A stretch of 64,000 bases of DNA. Origin: Candidatus Multivoradales bacterium. GTDB lineage: Bacteria > Acidobacteriota > Thermoanaerobaculia > Multivoradales > J023. The first letter of the stretch is position 1, and each line of letters begins with the position of its first letter. The DNA lies in assembly GCA_965248925.1 (NCBI GenBank), contig CBDFLE010000006.1, positions 3,360,001 to 3,424,000 of the forward strand, read 5' to 3'. The position numbers and the translations under genes are program-made. Below, piece after piece: positions 46,601 through 56,471 of the stretch. The notes beneath the pieces are model-generated. The model saw only the letters and a program-made list of their open reading frames with translations. It searched no databases and had not been told where the DNA came from.

Positions 46601-49459
46601 CCAGCGGGGCACCAGATGTCGATCATCGCCGATCGCCAAGACTATAAGGTGGGTGATACCGCCCGTTTCCTGGTGCAGAATCCCTTTCCTGGCGCCCAAG
46701 CTTTGGTTACCGTCGAGCGTCTCGGGGTGCAAGACAGCTGGACCAAGGTGCTGGAGCGATCGGCCGAGGTTATCGAGTTGCCGATCACCGCCGATCACCT
46801 GCCGGGGTTCTACTTCTCGGTGGTGGTCAGCTCACCGCGGGTCGAGGCGCCGTTGGGGGCCGGTGAGGTCGATCTCGGCAAGCCGGCTTTCCGCATGGGC
46901 TACGCCCGCATCGAGGTGCGCGATCCAGCCAAGGAGATCGCCGTCGAGGTGCGTCCTGAGCGCCCACTCTATCGGCCGCGAGAAAAGGTGCGGGTGGAAC
47001 TCATCGCCCAGCCCCGCATTCCCTTCACCGAAGAGCCCGCGCCGGCGATCGAACTGGCGGTGGCGGTGCTTGATGAGGCGGTGTTCGACCTGATTGCCAG
47101 CGGCAGTAAGTACTTCGATCCCTACGCCGGTTTCTACCAGCTCGACCCCCTCGATCTGGCCAACTACAACCTGCTGACCCGGCTGGTGGGGATTCAGAAA
47201 TTCGAGAAGAAGGGTGCCAATGCCGGCGGCGGGGGCGGGGGCGCCGACCTGCGTTCGCTATTTGAATTCGTCAGTTATTGGAATCCGTCGATCGAAGCCG
47301 ACGCCCGAGGCCGGGCGACCATCGAGTTCGAGGTGCCCGACAACCTCACCGGCTGGCGGGTGCTGGCGATGGCGGTCACTCCGGGCGATCGGATGGGGCT
47401 GGGGGAAGGACAATTCGCGGTCAATCTGCCGATCGAGCTGCGCCCCACCCTGCCTAACCAGGTGGTAGAGGGAGACACCTTCGAGGCCAGCTTCACGGTG
47501 ATGAATCGAACTGACACGGCCCAGCGTCTGCATCTCAAGGCGACCGTCGAGGGACCTGCGGAATCTGCCGGTATCGTCGACTTGCAGCTTGATGCGCCGC
47601 CTTACAAACGCCTACCGGTGAGTTTTCCGGTGCAGGCGACTGGCGTTGGTGAAATTGTGCTCGAGGTCGTGGCTAGCGGCGGTGGCGAGCGTGACAGCTT
47701 GCGCTTGCGCTTGCCGGTGGGTCGGCGGATGGCGCTCGAGACCGCCGCCACCTATGGCACCACCACCGACTCGACGGTCAGCGAGCAGGTGGCTTTCCCA
47801 GTGTCCATGCGCAGCGATGTTGGATCTCTCAGCCTGGTTGCCGGTCCGGCGGTTATCGGTGGTCTCGACAGTGCCTTCAGCTACCTGCGCGACTATCCCT
47901 ACAGCTGTTGGGAGCAACGCCTGACCAAAGCGGTGATGGCGATGCACTTCGCCGAGCTACGTTCGTACCTGGCCGAGGACGCTTCGTGGCCGGGGCATCA
48001 GCAGCTACCGCGCCGCACCTTGGAGTGGGCGACCAACTTTCAAGCGCCGAACGGTGGCATGGTTTATTACGTGCCCAAGGATCGCTACGTTAGTCCCTAT
48101 CTATCGGCCTACACCGGGTTGGCTTTCGCTTGGTTGGCCAAGGCCGGCCATCCGCTGCCCCAAGGGGTGGTCGAGCGTCTCGATGCCTATCTCGAGCGTC
48201 TCTTACGCCGCGATGTGCTGCCCGGTTTTTACAGTGAGGGGATGGCTTCTAGTGTGCGCGCGGTGGCGCTGGCGGTGTTGGCCGAGCGCGGCAAGATTAC
48301 CGCCGCTGACCTGCAACGCTACCGCCGTCATCTGCCGCAGATGAGCCTGTTCGGCAAGGCGCATTATTTGCTCGCTGCCCACAAGCTCGGGGGCAACGCG
48401 GAACTCGAAAATGAGGTCCGCAACGCCATCCTCGCCCACAGCGATCAGACGGGTGGCAAGATAGTGTTCGCTGAAGCCGTCGACACCCGTTACCAGCGCA
48501 TCTTACACTCCGCCGGGCGCACCCACTGTGCTGTGCTGAGCGCGCTGGTACAGCAGCAAGGCGAGGCGCCTGGCGGTACGGGAATCGGTGATATGCCCTT
48601 CCGCTTGACCCGCTGGATCTCGCAGCAGAGGCAGCGCCGAGATCGTTGGGAAAACACCCAGGAGAACGTCTTCTGCACCCGTGCTCTGAGCGACTACAGC
48701 CAGGTCTACGAGGATGTCGAGCCACGGATGAAGGTGACGGTCGAGTTCGATGGCGAGAGACTCGGCAAGATGCGTTTCGATGACTTGCGCGATGCTCAGC
48801 AGCAGGTCGAACGGCCACTGCGCGCTGGTGACGCGGGTAGCCAGGCGAGCCTGCTGATCAAGAAGCGGGGGCCGGGGCGCTTGTACTACGCCGCCCGCTT
48901 GGCCTATTCGCCGGCCGAATTGAAGCCAGAGCCGATCGACGCCGGTTTGGTGGTGCGGCGCGAATACAGTGTCGAGCGCGACGCCAAGTGGCACTTGCTC
49001 AGCGACCCAATGCGGGTTCGTCGCGGCGAGTTGCTGCGGGTCGATCTTTACTTGTCGCTGCCAGCGGCGCGAAATTTCGTGGTCGTCGACGACCCAATTC
49101 CGGGGGGATTGGAACCGGTCAACACCGACTTGGCGACTTCTTCCACCGTCGATGCTGCCAAAGCAAACTATCGCCGGAGCGACGCTTCCTGGTGGTTCAC
49201 GCAGAACAATTGGTACGGCTTCGGCTACTCGCGGTGGAGCTTCTACCACTCCGAACTACGCCATCACGCGGCGCGTTTCTACTCGGACTACCTGCCGGCT
49301 GGCAATTACCACCTGTCCTACGTCGCGCAGGCGATCGCATCAGGTGAGTTTCAGGCTTTGCCCACCCATGCCGAGGAGATGTACGACCCCGATGTCTTCG
49401 GTCAGGGGGTGCCGGCGCGGTTGCTGGTCGCGCCTGCTGACGGGGAGGTGTCGCCGTGA
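43685..49459 (+). CDS. yfhM: bacterial alpha-2-macroglobulin
   Basis: 1924 aa, MG domains, PDNLTGWRV, intact thioester motif YPYSCWEQ, AEEMYDP; adjacent to pbpC. Confidence 0.95.
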   Translation: MKRDTTQAPLGRLAASNSHLRPRFLFTCGLLLVLAPGLLAAPGPELQILSITPSGDDVPAERQIVVQFDRPMVPLGRMERDSSEVPIEISPALDCEWRWLNNAALSCRLQENGALVPATRYRLVVAPTLEALDGARLAAPQEHRFSTRRPRVVRARFLTWEGPGSPSMQLTFNHPPDSAAVAEHVYFSFGNGRRVAARVELRQPDSDPTQDRYRVLRPVEVLPLDHQVRLRVEPGLRSWAGPEPGVEDRVVVEFSTFPAARFLGVRCRDNQLRDIGWGRAAGVCNPLEDVRLVFSSPMLVDALRDQLLIEPDLAGEREDYDPWEKVYRYSRLRGPRHAGQVYEYSLPEVLRARSIYRLRGSAEALRDEFGRPLVSDFDHRFETSDRPPRFVLTHPLSVLERQVETHVPVVVTNLEQLSLAVHGVTPRGAVDRTFKISVADAQNVAFAMPLPVREWLDDDSGAVFATLSSVPGVKGSARHFFSQVTPFSVHAKIGYHNSLIWVTDLATGLPVEGAKVRIFAAGTEQMPAAPVSRSEALTGVAGLAWLDGTDKLDPKQGLNGYLRLPHGFDSRPLLWVRVDHQGEMALLPVDGEFAVRALGHGDSWIPSWQRPQYGHVRAWGTTAQGVYRLGDNLQFKIWVRDQGNLRLVPPPATIYSLRIVDPTGKEVHRVDDIELSAFGGLDGEFRLPENAAVGWYDFELQAAALPDSLFPLRVLVADFTPAPFRVSSDLNGELFRAGDQLEVATRARLHSGGPYLEAQTRVTLALATSPLPLATAAQGFTFATGHQRRRTLHQRAGTLDDRGDLLQQFTIPESDVVHGRLTVESAVRDDRGKYVVGRSSARFVGRDRYVGIRLQDWILKGGQVAEVLALVVDEHGQPVAGSEVTTQVQYRQTTASRVKGAGNAYLTRYHHAWVEVANCRMTAAEDPVSCRFTPEKAGLYRLTQSIYDRQGRRHSSTTTRWASGAGQVIWEAPAGHQMSIIADRQDYKVGDTARFLVQNPFPGAQALVTVERLGVQDSWTKVLERSAEVIELPITADHLPGFYFSVVVSSPRVEAPLGAGEVDLGKPAFRMGYARIEVRDPAKEIAVEVRPERPLYRPREKVRVELIAQPRIPFTEEPAPAIELAVAVLDEAVFDLIASGSKYFDPYAGFYQLDPLDLANYNLLTRLVGIQKFEKKGANAGGGGGGADLRSLFEFVSYWNPSIEADARGRATIEFEVPDNLTGWRVLAMAVTPGDRMGLGEGQFAVNLPIELRPTLPNQVVEGDTFEASFTVMNRTDTAQRLHLKATVEGPAESAGIVDLQLDAPPYKRLPVSFPVQATGVGEIVLEVVASGGGERDSLRLRLPVGRRMALETAATYGTTTDSTVSEQVAFPVSMRSDVGSLSLVAGPAVIGGLDSAFSYLRDYPYSCWEQRLTKAVMAMHFAELRSYLAEDASWPGHQQLPRRTLEWATNFQAPNGGMVYYVPKDRYVSPYLSAYTGLAFAWLAKAGHPLPQGVVERLDAYLERLLRRDVLPGFYSEGMASSVRAVALAVLAERGKITAADLQRYRRHLPQMSLFGKAHYLLAAHKLGGNAELENEVRNAILAHSDQTGGKIVFAEAVDTRYQRILHSAGRTHCAVLSALVQQQGEAPGGTGIGDMPFRLTRWISQQRQRRDRWENTQENVFCTRALSDYSQVYEDVEPRMKVTVEFDGERLGKMRFDDLRDAQQQVERPLRAGDAGSQASLLIKKRGPGRLYYAARLAYSPAELKPEPIDAGLVVRREYSVERDAKWHLLSDPMRVRRGELLRVDLYLSLPAARNFVVVDDPIPGGLEPVNTDLATSSTVDAAKANYRRSDASWWFTQNNWYGFGYSRWSFYHSELRHHAARFYSDYLPAGNYHLSYVAQAIASGEFQALPTHAEEMYDPDVFGQGVPARLLVAPADGEVSP

Positions 49460-51720
49460 GCCGCTGGCGAGCACTGTGGCGAGCACTGTGGCGAGCACTG
49501 AGGGTTCGGCTGGCCAACTGGCCTTGGAGGCGAATTGTGGTGGCTTGCACGATGTTGCTGGGCTGTGCCGCCTCAGGGCTGACCGCGCTGACCCTTGCCA
49601 ACCTGCGACCGGCCCCTGCTAGCTTGCCGCCGCGAAGCGAGCACACGGCTCCGCCACCGCTGCTCGATCGTCATGGCGAGCCCCTGACCCGGAGTCGCGA
49701 AGGGCGTTGGAATCTGCCGGACAGCCGTGCTTACCACCGCTTTCCGCAGTTGTTGATCGATGCTTTTGTGCTGGCCGAAGACCAGCGCTTCTTCGATCAT
49801 CGCGGGGTCGATTGGCGGGCGCGGGCCCATGCCATGGTGCAGAACCTAAGCGCTCGGCGGCTAGTGCGCGGTGCCAGCACCATCACTGAGCAGAGTGTGC
49901 GGATCGCCTATCCGCGACCGCGCACCGTTTGGTCACGCTGGCTTGAGAGTTTTGAAGCCGGTCGCTTGGAAAGGCGATTCGACAAAGTCGAGATCCTCGA
50001 GTTTTATCTCAATCAAGTGCCCTATGCGCGCCAGCGGCGGGGTGTGTCCGAGGCGGCACGGGCTTATTTCGATCGCGATCTCGACACCCTGTCGGTCAAA
50101 GAGACGCTGGCTTTGGCGGTGCTGGTGCGCAGCCCTTCGCGGCTCGATCCAGAACGCGGTAGTCGGCAGATTCAGGTGCCGATCGAGCGCCTGGCGCGAC
50201 GCATGCACGCGGCCGGCCTGCTCGCCGCTCACGAACTCGACGAGATCCAACGCATGCCGCTGCTGGTGGTGCGGCCCCAGCCTCTGGTCGACGCCGCTCA
50301 TTTCGTTCGCTGGCTGCGACCGCGCTTGCCGGATTCACCAAGTGGCGGCCGACGCACCACCCTCGACGCAAATTTGCAGCGGCAAGTCCAGGCCATCCTC
50401 GATCACCGCCTGGACGAGCTCGGTGAGCGGCGGGTGAGCGATGGGGCGGTGCTGGTGGTGGACCATCAGAGCGACGAGATTCTCGCCTGGGTAAACGGTG
50501 GCGGCTTCGCCAAAGCAGTTGCCGGCCAGGTTGACAAAGTGCTGGCCTCGCGGCAGCCGGGCTCGACCCTCAAGCCTTTTGTCTATGCCACCGCCTTGGA
50601 GAGCGGCTGGACCGCCGCCACGGTGATCAACGACGCGCCTCTGGTTGGTGTGGTTGGCCATGGCATGCACGAGTTTCGCAACTACAGCCGGAATTTCTAC
50701 GGCCCTTTGCGGGTGCGCCAGGCGCTGGCCAATTCGCTCAACGTGCCGGCGGTCAAGGCGCTGGCCTTCGCCGGTCGTGGGCGTACCCTAGAGCGCTTGC
50801 GTGAGCTCGGTTTCGAGACTCTGAGTGAACATCCGGATTTCTATGGCGATGGTCTGGCCCTGGGCACGGGTGAGGTGAGTCTCTACTCTTTGGTGGGGGC
50901 CTACGCGGCGCTGGCGCGGGGTGGTGAGTCCCGGCCCCTGGGTGGTTTGGCCGAAGGGCCGGTAGGTGTGGGGCGGCGGGTGTTCTCGGGCGAGGTGGCC
51001 AGTCTGATCGGTTCGATTTTGTCTGACTCCAAGGCTCGGCAGCTGGAATTTGGTAACGGTTCGGTGCTCGATCTGCCGATCGAGACGGCGGTCAAGACCG
51101 GCACTTCCACCGACTACCGCGACGCTTGGGCGGTGGGTTTTTCGCACCGCTACACGATCGGCGTGTGGATGGGAAATGTGGATGGCCAGCCGATGGCGGA
51201 AGTCACCGGTTCGACCGGCCCTGGACTGGTGTTGCGGGCGGCCTTTGCCGAGGTCCATCGGCACCAGCAGCCGCGGTCCTTAAAGCTCAGCCGCCGTCTG
51301 GCTTTGCATTCCATCTGCCGCCAAAGTGGCGCTCGGCCGGTGGCCAGCTGCCCGACGGCGGTCGAGTGGTTCCGCCCCGGGCGTCAGCCGCTGGCCAGCT
51401 GTGACTCGCACGCGGCGGTCCCGGGCCCGATTTCCGCGGCGACCGAAATCCGCCTCGCAAGTCCGACGCCGGGCCTACATCTGGCGCTCGACCCACGCAT
51501 TCCTGATTCTCTCGAGAGATTTCCCTTGCGCCTGGCCGACAGCGCCGGGGTGCGGCAAGTGGACTGGATCGTCGATGGCCGAATCGCCTCGGTGACCCGC
51601 GGTGAGAGCGAGTACCTGTGGCCTTTGGAACGCGGTTCGCACAGCGCTCGGGCTCGGGTCTGGTTGCGCAGTGGGGGGCAGCCACAGGAAACGGCACAGG
51701 TGAATTTTCACGTCCGCTAG
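49456..51720 (+). CDS. pbpC: penicillin-binding protein 1C
   Basis: EDQRFFDHRGVD, GASTITEQ, STLK, SLN, KTG, C-terminal BiPBP domain. Confidence 0.93.
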   Translation: MSRWRALWRALWRALRVRLANWPWRRIVVACTMLLGCAASGLTALTLANLRPAPASLPPRSEHTAPPPLLDRHGEPLTRSREGRWNLPDSRAYHRFPQLLIDAFVLAEDQRFFDHRGVDWRARAHAMVQNLSARRLVRGASTITEQSVRIAYPRPRTVWSRWLESFEAGRLERRFDKVEILEFYLNQVPYARQRRGVSEAARAYFDRDLDTLSVKETLALAVLVRSPSRLDPERGSRQIQVPIERLARRMHAAGLLAAHELDEIQRMPLLVVRPQPLVDAAHFVRWLRPRLPDSPSGGRRTTLDANLQRQVQAILDHRLDELGERRVSDGAVLVVDHQSDEILAWVNGGGFAKAVAGQVDKVLASRQPGSTLKPFVYATALESGWTAATVINDAPLVGVVGHGMHEFRNYSRNFYGPLRVRQALANSLNVPAVKALAFAGRGRTLERLRELGFETLSEHPDFYGDGLALGTGEVSLYSLVGAYAALARGGESRPLGGLAEGPVGVGRRVFSGEVASLIGSILSDSKARQLEFGNGSVLDLPIETAVKTGTSTDYRDAWAVGFSHRYTIGVWMGNVDGQPMAEVTGSTGPGLVLRAAFAEVHRHQQPRSLKLSRRLALHSICRQSGARPVASCPTAVEWFRPGRQPLASCDSHAAVPGPISAATEIRLASPTPGLHLALDPRIPDSLERFPLRLADSAGVRQVDWIVDGRIASVTRGESEYLWPLERGSHSARARVWLRSGGQPQETAQVNFHVR
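49465..49500 (+). repeat. 12-bp in-frame tandem repeat TGGCGAGCACTG x3 (WRAL x3)
   Basis: Read directly. Confidence 0.9.
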
Positions 51721-51849
51721 AGCAAACACTGCTGGCATCACACCTCGCTAAGCGATAAGGTCAATGCCTCGTTCGTGCTGGCGCAACATTGTTCCCCGTC
51801 CCTGCCTATTGGGACACAAGGCGGGCTTATGCCCGTTTGGAGGAGGCGC

Positions 51850-52854
51850 ATGCCAGAATTGAGGAGCGAGTCCGAAGTCAACAGTTCAATCGTCGAGCAG
51901 GGGGTCAGCAAAGCCGTCTCGACGCCCATCGAAGTCAGCCTGTCGTTCGCCAGCGATGATTTGTCGAAGCCGCGCTGGAGCTTCGTTCGTCCAGAGGTGT
52001 TTGAGTTCGAGGACTACTTGTCGATGGGACCGATGTGGGCCGCCACAGAGGCCGAACAAGCCTACGAGCTGACGATCCATTTGCTGGACCCGAAAGTGCA
52101 GTTCGTATCTGCCGACCTATTTAATTCGACCGACGGTCTGGATCCGGTGAAGTTCTCTATCGGTCCGAGCCGCGCCGAGGTGGGTTGGCCGGGGCTCTCC
52201 GTGAACGGTTGGCAACGCTGGGTGTATCGGCTTTGGGTGCATAGGGAAGGGGTCAAGGATATGCCGGTGCACCTTGCCTTCAGTGCTTCAGACCTGGTTG
52301 CCCGGAGTCAGATCATTGCCCGCATTGCTCGCGGCGTAGGGCAACATGATGGTGGGGCAACCGGTATGGACGAGCCAGCGACAGAGACTCCAACCTTGGC
52401 CACCAAGGTTACGGTGGCCGGAGAATCCGTGCTCTTTCCCACTTGGTACGACTACTCGGGATTGGATTTGCCCGCCGGTCTCAACCTTGAGCCATTGATT
52501 GTCTTCAAGGTCCTCGATCAGGATTTCAAATTCCAGTTCGAAAACCCCCAAGGCTTGTTTGTCGGCACTGATTCAACCGCTTGCAATCGTGGCGGCGTCA
52601 CGGTGCCTCCTGTGTCGCTGATCTGGGAAGGGGTCGATCCACCACCGGTCGGCCCCTGTCCGAACGCGGCCGGGTTCGTCAACAGCACGCTGCGCGATGT
52701 CAAGACACTGGCCCGCGTACTGTGGCACGAGCCTAGCGAGGGAGAGGTCAGGCGAACCTCGAGCTTCTTCTTCAGCTTCTCGAGTTTGGACAGTCCCGAT
52801 CTGGTGCGGCCGATAGATCCGACCATCGTTCACGATCCGGAATTGCCGCCGTAG
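51850..52854 (+). CDS. hypothetical beta-rich protein ending in a DP-EP-like motif
   Basis: RBS GGAGG; no signal peptide; C-terminus IDPTIVHDPELPP. Confidence 0.7.
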   Translation: MPELRSESEVNSSIVEQGVSKAVSTPIEVSLSFASDDLSKPRWSFVRPEVFEFEDYLSMGPMWAATEAEQAYELTIHLLDPKVQFVSADLFNSTDGLDPVKFSIGPSRAEVGWPGLSVNGWQRWVYRLWVHREGVKDMPVHLAFSASDLVARSQIIARIARGVGQHDGGATGMDEPATETPTLATKVTVAGESVLFPTWYDYSGLDLPAGLNLEPLIVFKVLDQDFKFQFENPQGLFVGTDSTACNRGGVTVPPVSLIWEGVDPPPVGPCPNAAGFVNSTLRDVKTLARVLWHEPSEGEVRRTSSFFFSFSSLDSPDLVRPIDPTIVHDPELPP

Positions 52855-52858
52855 AGGC

Positions 52859-55800
52859 TTATCTGGATCCCTCGGTGGGGTTGTCGGATCGGAGACGCTG
52901 GCGTAGCTCAGGGTGGTCGCGCAGCGAGTCGAACCACGGTAGATCGAAGGCTCGGGCCGGGTATCCTTGGTCGAGCGCACGGGTGGCGTTGACCAATGCT
53001 GCGGTGCGGTCGCCCACCAGCGTATAGACCAGGGATGCCTCGAAGGCAACTAGACGACTCTCCGGCTCGAGTCTGAGGGCTTCCTGGACCGCTTCGACGG
53101 CTTGGCGCGATTGACCGAGCTGGGCCAGCACCTGGGCTTTGACGGTGAGCTGCTGGGCGTCGTTGGCGGTACTGGTCCTGAGCCGTTCAAGTACCTGGAG
53201 GTAAATCTCGTGGGCGCCGGAGTGATCGCCGAGAAGCTGTTTTACATCGGCTTGATTGAGTTGGTAATAGGGGTTTCCAGGTGCCAGCTCAGCCGCTTTG
53301 TCGAAAGCTGTTCTGGCTTCGTCCAAACGGCCCAGGAGCAGTTGGGCAAAACCCAGATTGGCCCAATCGGTCGATTTCGGTGAGCTGACGAGCAGCTCTT
53401 GGTAGAGGCCGATGGCGCGCTGCGGATTGCGCATTAGCTCGAGATTGGCCAGAAAGGAGAGGCCGTTGCGGCTGCCGGGTGCCCGTTCCAGATAGGCCTC
53501 GATCTGCTCTCGCGCTCGTTCGACATGGCCAAGACTAGAGGCTAGCAAGGCGTAGTTGAAGTGCAGTCCAGCCGATGGCCGACGGTTGACCGCCTCTTGG
53601 TAAAGTTCCAGAGCCGCATTGGTCTGGCCGCGACGCCGTAGCCAACTTGCGCGCAAGCCAAGAGTCTCGGGTTGGGAGGGCCGCAAGACTTCGAGCTGGT
53701 TCAGGGTATCGTCGGCGGCTTCCAATCGACCGATGGAGATCTCGCTGCGCGCCCGTGCCCGCAGCAAGTCGATATCGTCTGGCACCAGCCGCTGACCGCG
53801 GTCGAGGAGGTCGAACAAATGCTCCACCAGGGCCGGATCGTGAGTTTCGTGAAGAATCCTGCGAGCCAGTTCGGCCTCCAGCAGATAGGCGTCGAGAAAG
53901 CTCGGCGCGCGTTGGCGGATCTCGGCTAGTTGGTCGATGTCGGCCAGCTCGGGGGGGCGCTTGCCGAGGGCGAAGTCGCGTTCTAGCCGGAGGAACAAGG
54001 CATAGTCCGCCGCTTCGATTTGCAAGTCGAATCCGGTGCCGCGGGGTGGATACTGGGGGTAGGCTCGGCGCAACAGCGCCGCCAGCGCGCGACTGGCGGC
54101 CAAAGGCCGGTCAGCAGGGATCTCTACTTGTTCGCTCCACACCACTTCACCTTCTGCCGCCAGCAGTCGCACGACCTCGACTCGGCAGGTAGTGGCCGCA
54201 CAGGTAAACGATGAACTCAGCGCCTCATCAGCCGCCAGTGCCCGGGCGACCGCCGCCGGTGGGCCGTTGAGGGCGTCGATCTCGGCGCGGCTCTTGGGCG
54301 AGAGGCCCTGGAGACCCACCACCGCCCGGTCGAGAGCGCCGCGGATGACGAAGGCTTGCCGTTCGCCGATCTCAGTCCCTAACTGGGCCGTGGAACTGGG
54401 CTGGAGTACTACCACCCAGCGCGGTTCCGGAGCGCCGCGCAGCTGCCATCCCCAGGCCGCCAACAGCGCTACTCCGACCCCGGCCACCAAGCCGGCCAGC
54501 AACCAGTAGCGACGATAGGGTTGGGCCGTTTTGGGATCGACCATGGTGGTCGAGCTCCACACTCCAACCGCGGTGCCGTCGGCAGACGATGGTGGTACAG
54601 GCGGACGATCTTCAGGCCCTACTTCACAGAGTTCCAGCGGTTCGTCGAGACCCTTGAGCTGGTAGAGCCCGTGGCTGATCCAGAACAGGGACTGGTCAAT
54701 CTCGTCGTCGGCATAGGCACGTTGAGCGAGGTCGAAGGCACCTCGGGTGAGTAGGGTCTGGCCGGCTTCGGCAAGGGCCATCACCCGTGCCGTGGTGGCT
54801 TTGGCGAGGCCTTCGACCTCTAGAGGCTTGGCCCCTTGGCGAACTTCGTCGGGCGGATTCTCGCGCAGAAAGACCTCTCCCAGGTGGGCGGCCACCCGCG
54901 CTTGGAATTCGACCCCGTAGTGCCGTGAGAGATCGGCCAGAGCGGCGTGGTAGGCGAGGGCGAAACGCACGGCCTCGACCGGTCGACCGAAGAGCAGCAG
55001 AAAACCATCACTCTTGTCGATTTCACGACCGTCGTAGCGGTTTAGCAGGGCTCGGGTATGGCGATCGTGGAGTTCGTTGAGCTCCATTGCTTGGCGATCG
55101 CCCAAGGCACTCACCAGTTCGGTGCTGTGTACCAGGTCGGTCAATAGCAGAGTGCGGATGCTCTTGGTCGAGGAACTCGGTGGCAATCTGGTGGTCACCG
55201 GGCCTGTGGCGGCACGGGCGATCACTTCGAGCTGCTCAGCCACCAGCCCGGCACTGGATGGGCGTCGCTGCGGATCTTTGCGCATCAGCTGTTCGATCAA
55301 GTCACTCAGCGCCGCGGGCAAGATCACTAGCTCGTTGGGTGAGCGCGGGCGGTGTTCGAGCACCCGGGCCAAGGTGGAGGCGTCATTGCTGCCCAAGAAC
55401 GGCGACTGGCCGGCCAGCATTTCGTAGAGCAAGACGCCGAAGGAAAACAGGTCTGAGCGTTCGTCGACCTGATTGCCGCGGGCTTGCTCGGGCGACATCG
55501 CGCGATAGGTGCCGGGTAGGGCACCTTCTTGGGTCAGCTGCTCCTCTGACATTTCGCTCAGCAGCAGGCGGGCGATGCCGAAGTCCGTGATTTTGGCGCC
55601 AGCGTCTTCGTCGAGGAGGATATTTTCGCTCTTCAAATCGCGATGGATCACCCCGTGGCGGTGGGCATAGGCCAGGCCCCGAGCCACCGCAATGGCGATC
55701 TCCAACCCTTCTTCGACCGGCAGCGCGCCGCGTTCGTCGAGCAGCTGGCGTAGGCTGGGGCCGGCGATGTGCTCCATCACGATGTGCTGCTCGTCGCCCT

Positions 55801-56041
55801 CGGTGAGCAGGTCGAAGATCTGCACGATCGCCGGGTGGGCGAGACCCGCCGCCAGCCGAGCTTCCCGCTTGAAGCGCGCTCGGCGCAGCGTGGTATCGCC
55901 ACCCTCGGTGTGGATTCGCTTGATCGCCACCCGCCGTTCGAGCCGCGGATCGTAGGCCAGCAAGACCTCTCCCATGCCCCCTGAGCCCAGGCGGCTGAGG
56001 ACGCGGTACGGACCAAGGGTTTCGGCGGCGTCGCGGTTCAC
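52859..56041 (-). CDS. Ser/Thr kinase / nucleotidyl cyclase / TM / TPR fusion protein
   Basis: GSGGMG, VAIK, HRDLKSEN, DFG; cyclase RTLLLTDLVHST...IDKSDG...GAKPLEVEGLAK; TM helix; TPRs. Confidence 0.92.
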   Translation of the reverse strand: MNRDAAETLGPYRVLSRLGSGGMGEVLLAYDPRLERRVAIKRIHTEGGDTTLRRARFKREARLAAGLAHPAIVQIFDLLTEGDEQHIVMEHIAGPSLRQLLDERGALPVEEGLEIAIAVARGLAYAHRHGVIHRDLKSENILLDEDAGAKITDFGIARLLLSEMSEEQLTQEGALPGTYRAMSPEQARGNQVDERSDLFSFGVLLYEMLAGQSPFLGSNDASTLARVLEHRPRSPNELVILPAALSDLIEQLMRKDPQRRPSSAGLVAEQLEVIARAATGPVTTRLPPSSSTKSIRTLLLTDLVHSTELVSALGDRQAMELNELHDRHTRALLNRYDGREIDKSDGFLLLFGRPVEAVRFALAYHAALADLSRHYGVEFQARVAAHLGEVFLRENPPDEVRQGAKPLEVEGLAKATTARVMALAEAGQTLLTRGAFDLAQRAYADDEIDQSLFWISHGLYQLKGLDEPLELCEVGPEDRPPVPPSSADGTAVGVWSSTTMVDPKTAQPYRRYWLLAGLVAGVGVALLAAWGWQLRGAPEPRWVVVLQPSSTAQLGTEIGERQAFVIRGALDRAVVGLQGLSPKSRAEIDALNGPPAAVARALAADEALSSSFTCAATTCRVEVVRLLAAEGEVVWSEQVEIPADRPLAASRALAALLRRAYPQYPPRGTGFDLQIEAADYALFLRLERDFALGKRPPELADIDQLAEIRQRAPSFLDAYLLEAELARRILHETHDPALVEHLFDLLDRGQRLVPDDIDLLRARARSEISIGRLEAADDTLNQLEVLRPSQPETLGLRASWLRRRGQTNAALELYQEAVNRRPSAGLHFNYALLASSLGHVERAREQIEAYLERAPGSRNGLSFLANLELMRNPQRAIGLYQELLVSSPKSTDWANLGFAQLLLGRLDEARTAFDKAAELAPGNPYYQLNQADVKQLLGDHSGAHEIYLQVLERLRTSTANDAQQLTVKAQVLAQLGQSRQAVEAVQEALRLEPESRLVAFEASLVYTLVGDRTAALVNATRALDQGYPARAFDLPWFDSLRDHPELRQRLRSDNPTEGSR

Positions 56042-56471
56042 GGTAAATCTGGCTCCTTGAGATTGGAACCATTCTAGTGATCCTTGGCGTCTGGCGGGGG
56101 AGGGATGCGGGCCGAAGCCACTCAGCCGTTTCTGGTGCTAGGGATGATGAAGCGGCAGAGGCTCAGGCGCTGCTGCCGGATGTCTCCGTGGATTTCGATG
56201 GTCCACAGGTACTTGCCCGCAGCAGCCTGTTCGGTCTCGCGCAGCAGCTTGGCGTGTTGCTCATTGCTTTCCGGTGAGTGAGTTCCTGGGCGGTGGGCTT
56301 TGAGTGTCGGTGGTGATGGCTGCCGGCCGAGGTGTCCAGGGAATCGCGGTTCACAACACCACAGTTTCACTTCCACGAGCATTCAATCGGTGATGAGGAC
56401 TCTGGCACAGGTGAGTTTCCCGCTCTATCAAACGGCGGTGCCTGGCGCCCAGCCGGTCCTCTTCGATACCT

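Noticed and set aside
43685-51720. Alpha-2-macroglobulin/pbpC pair as novel
   Set aside because: Well-described conserved operon
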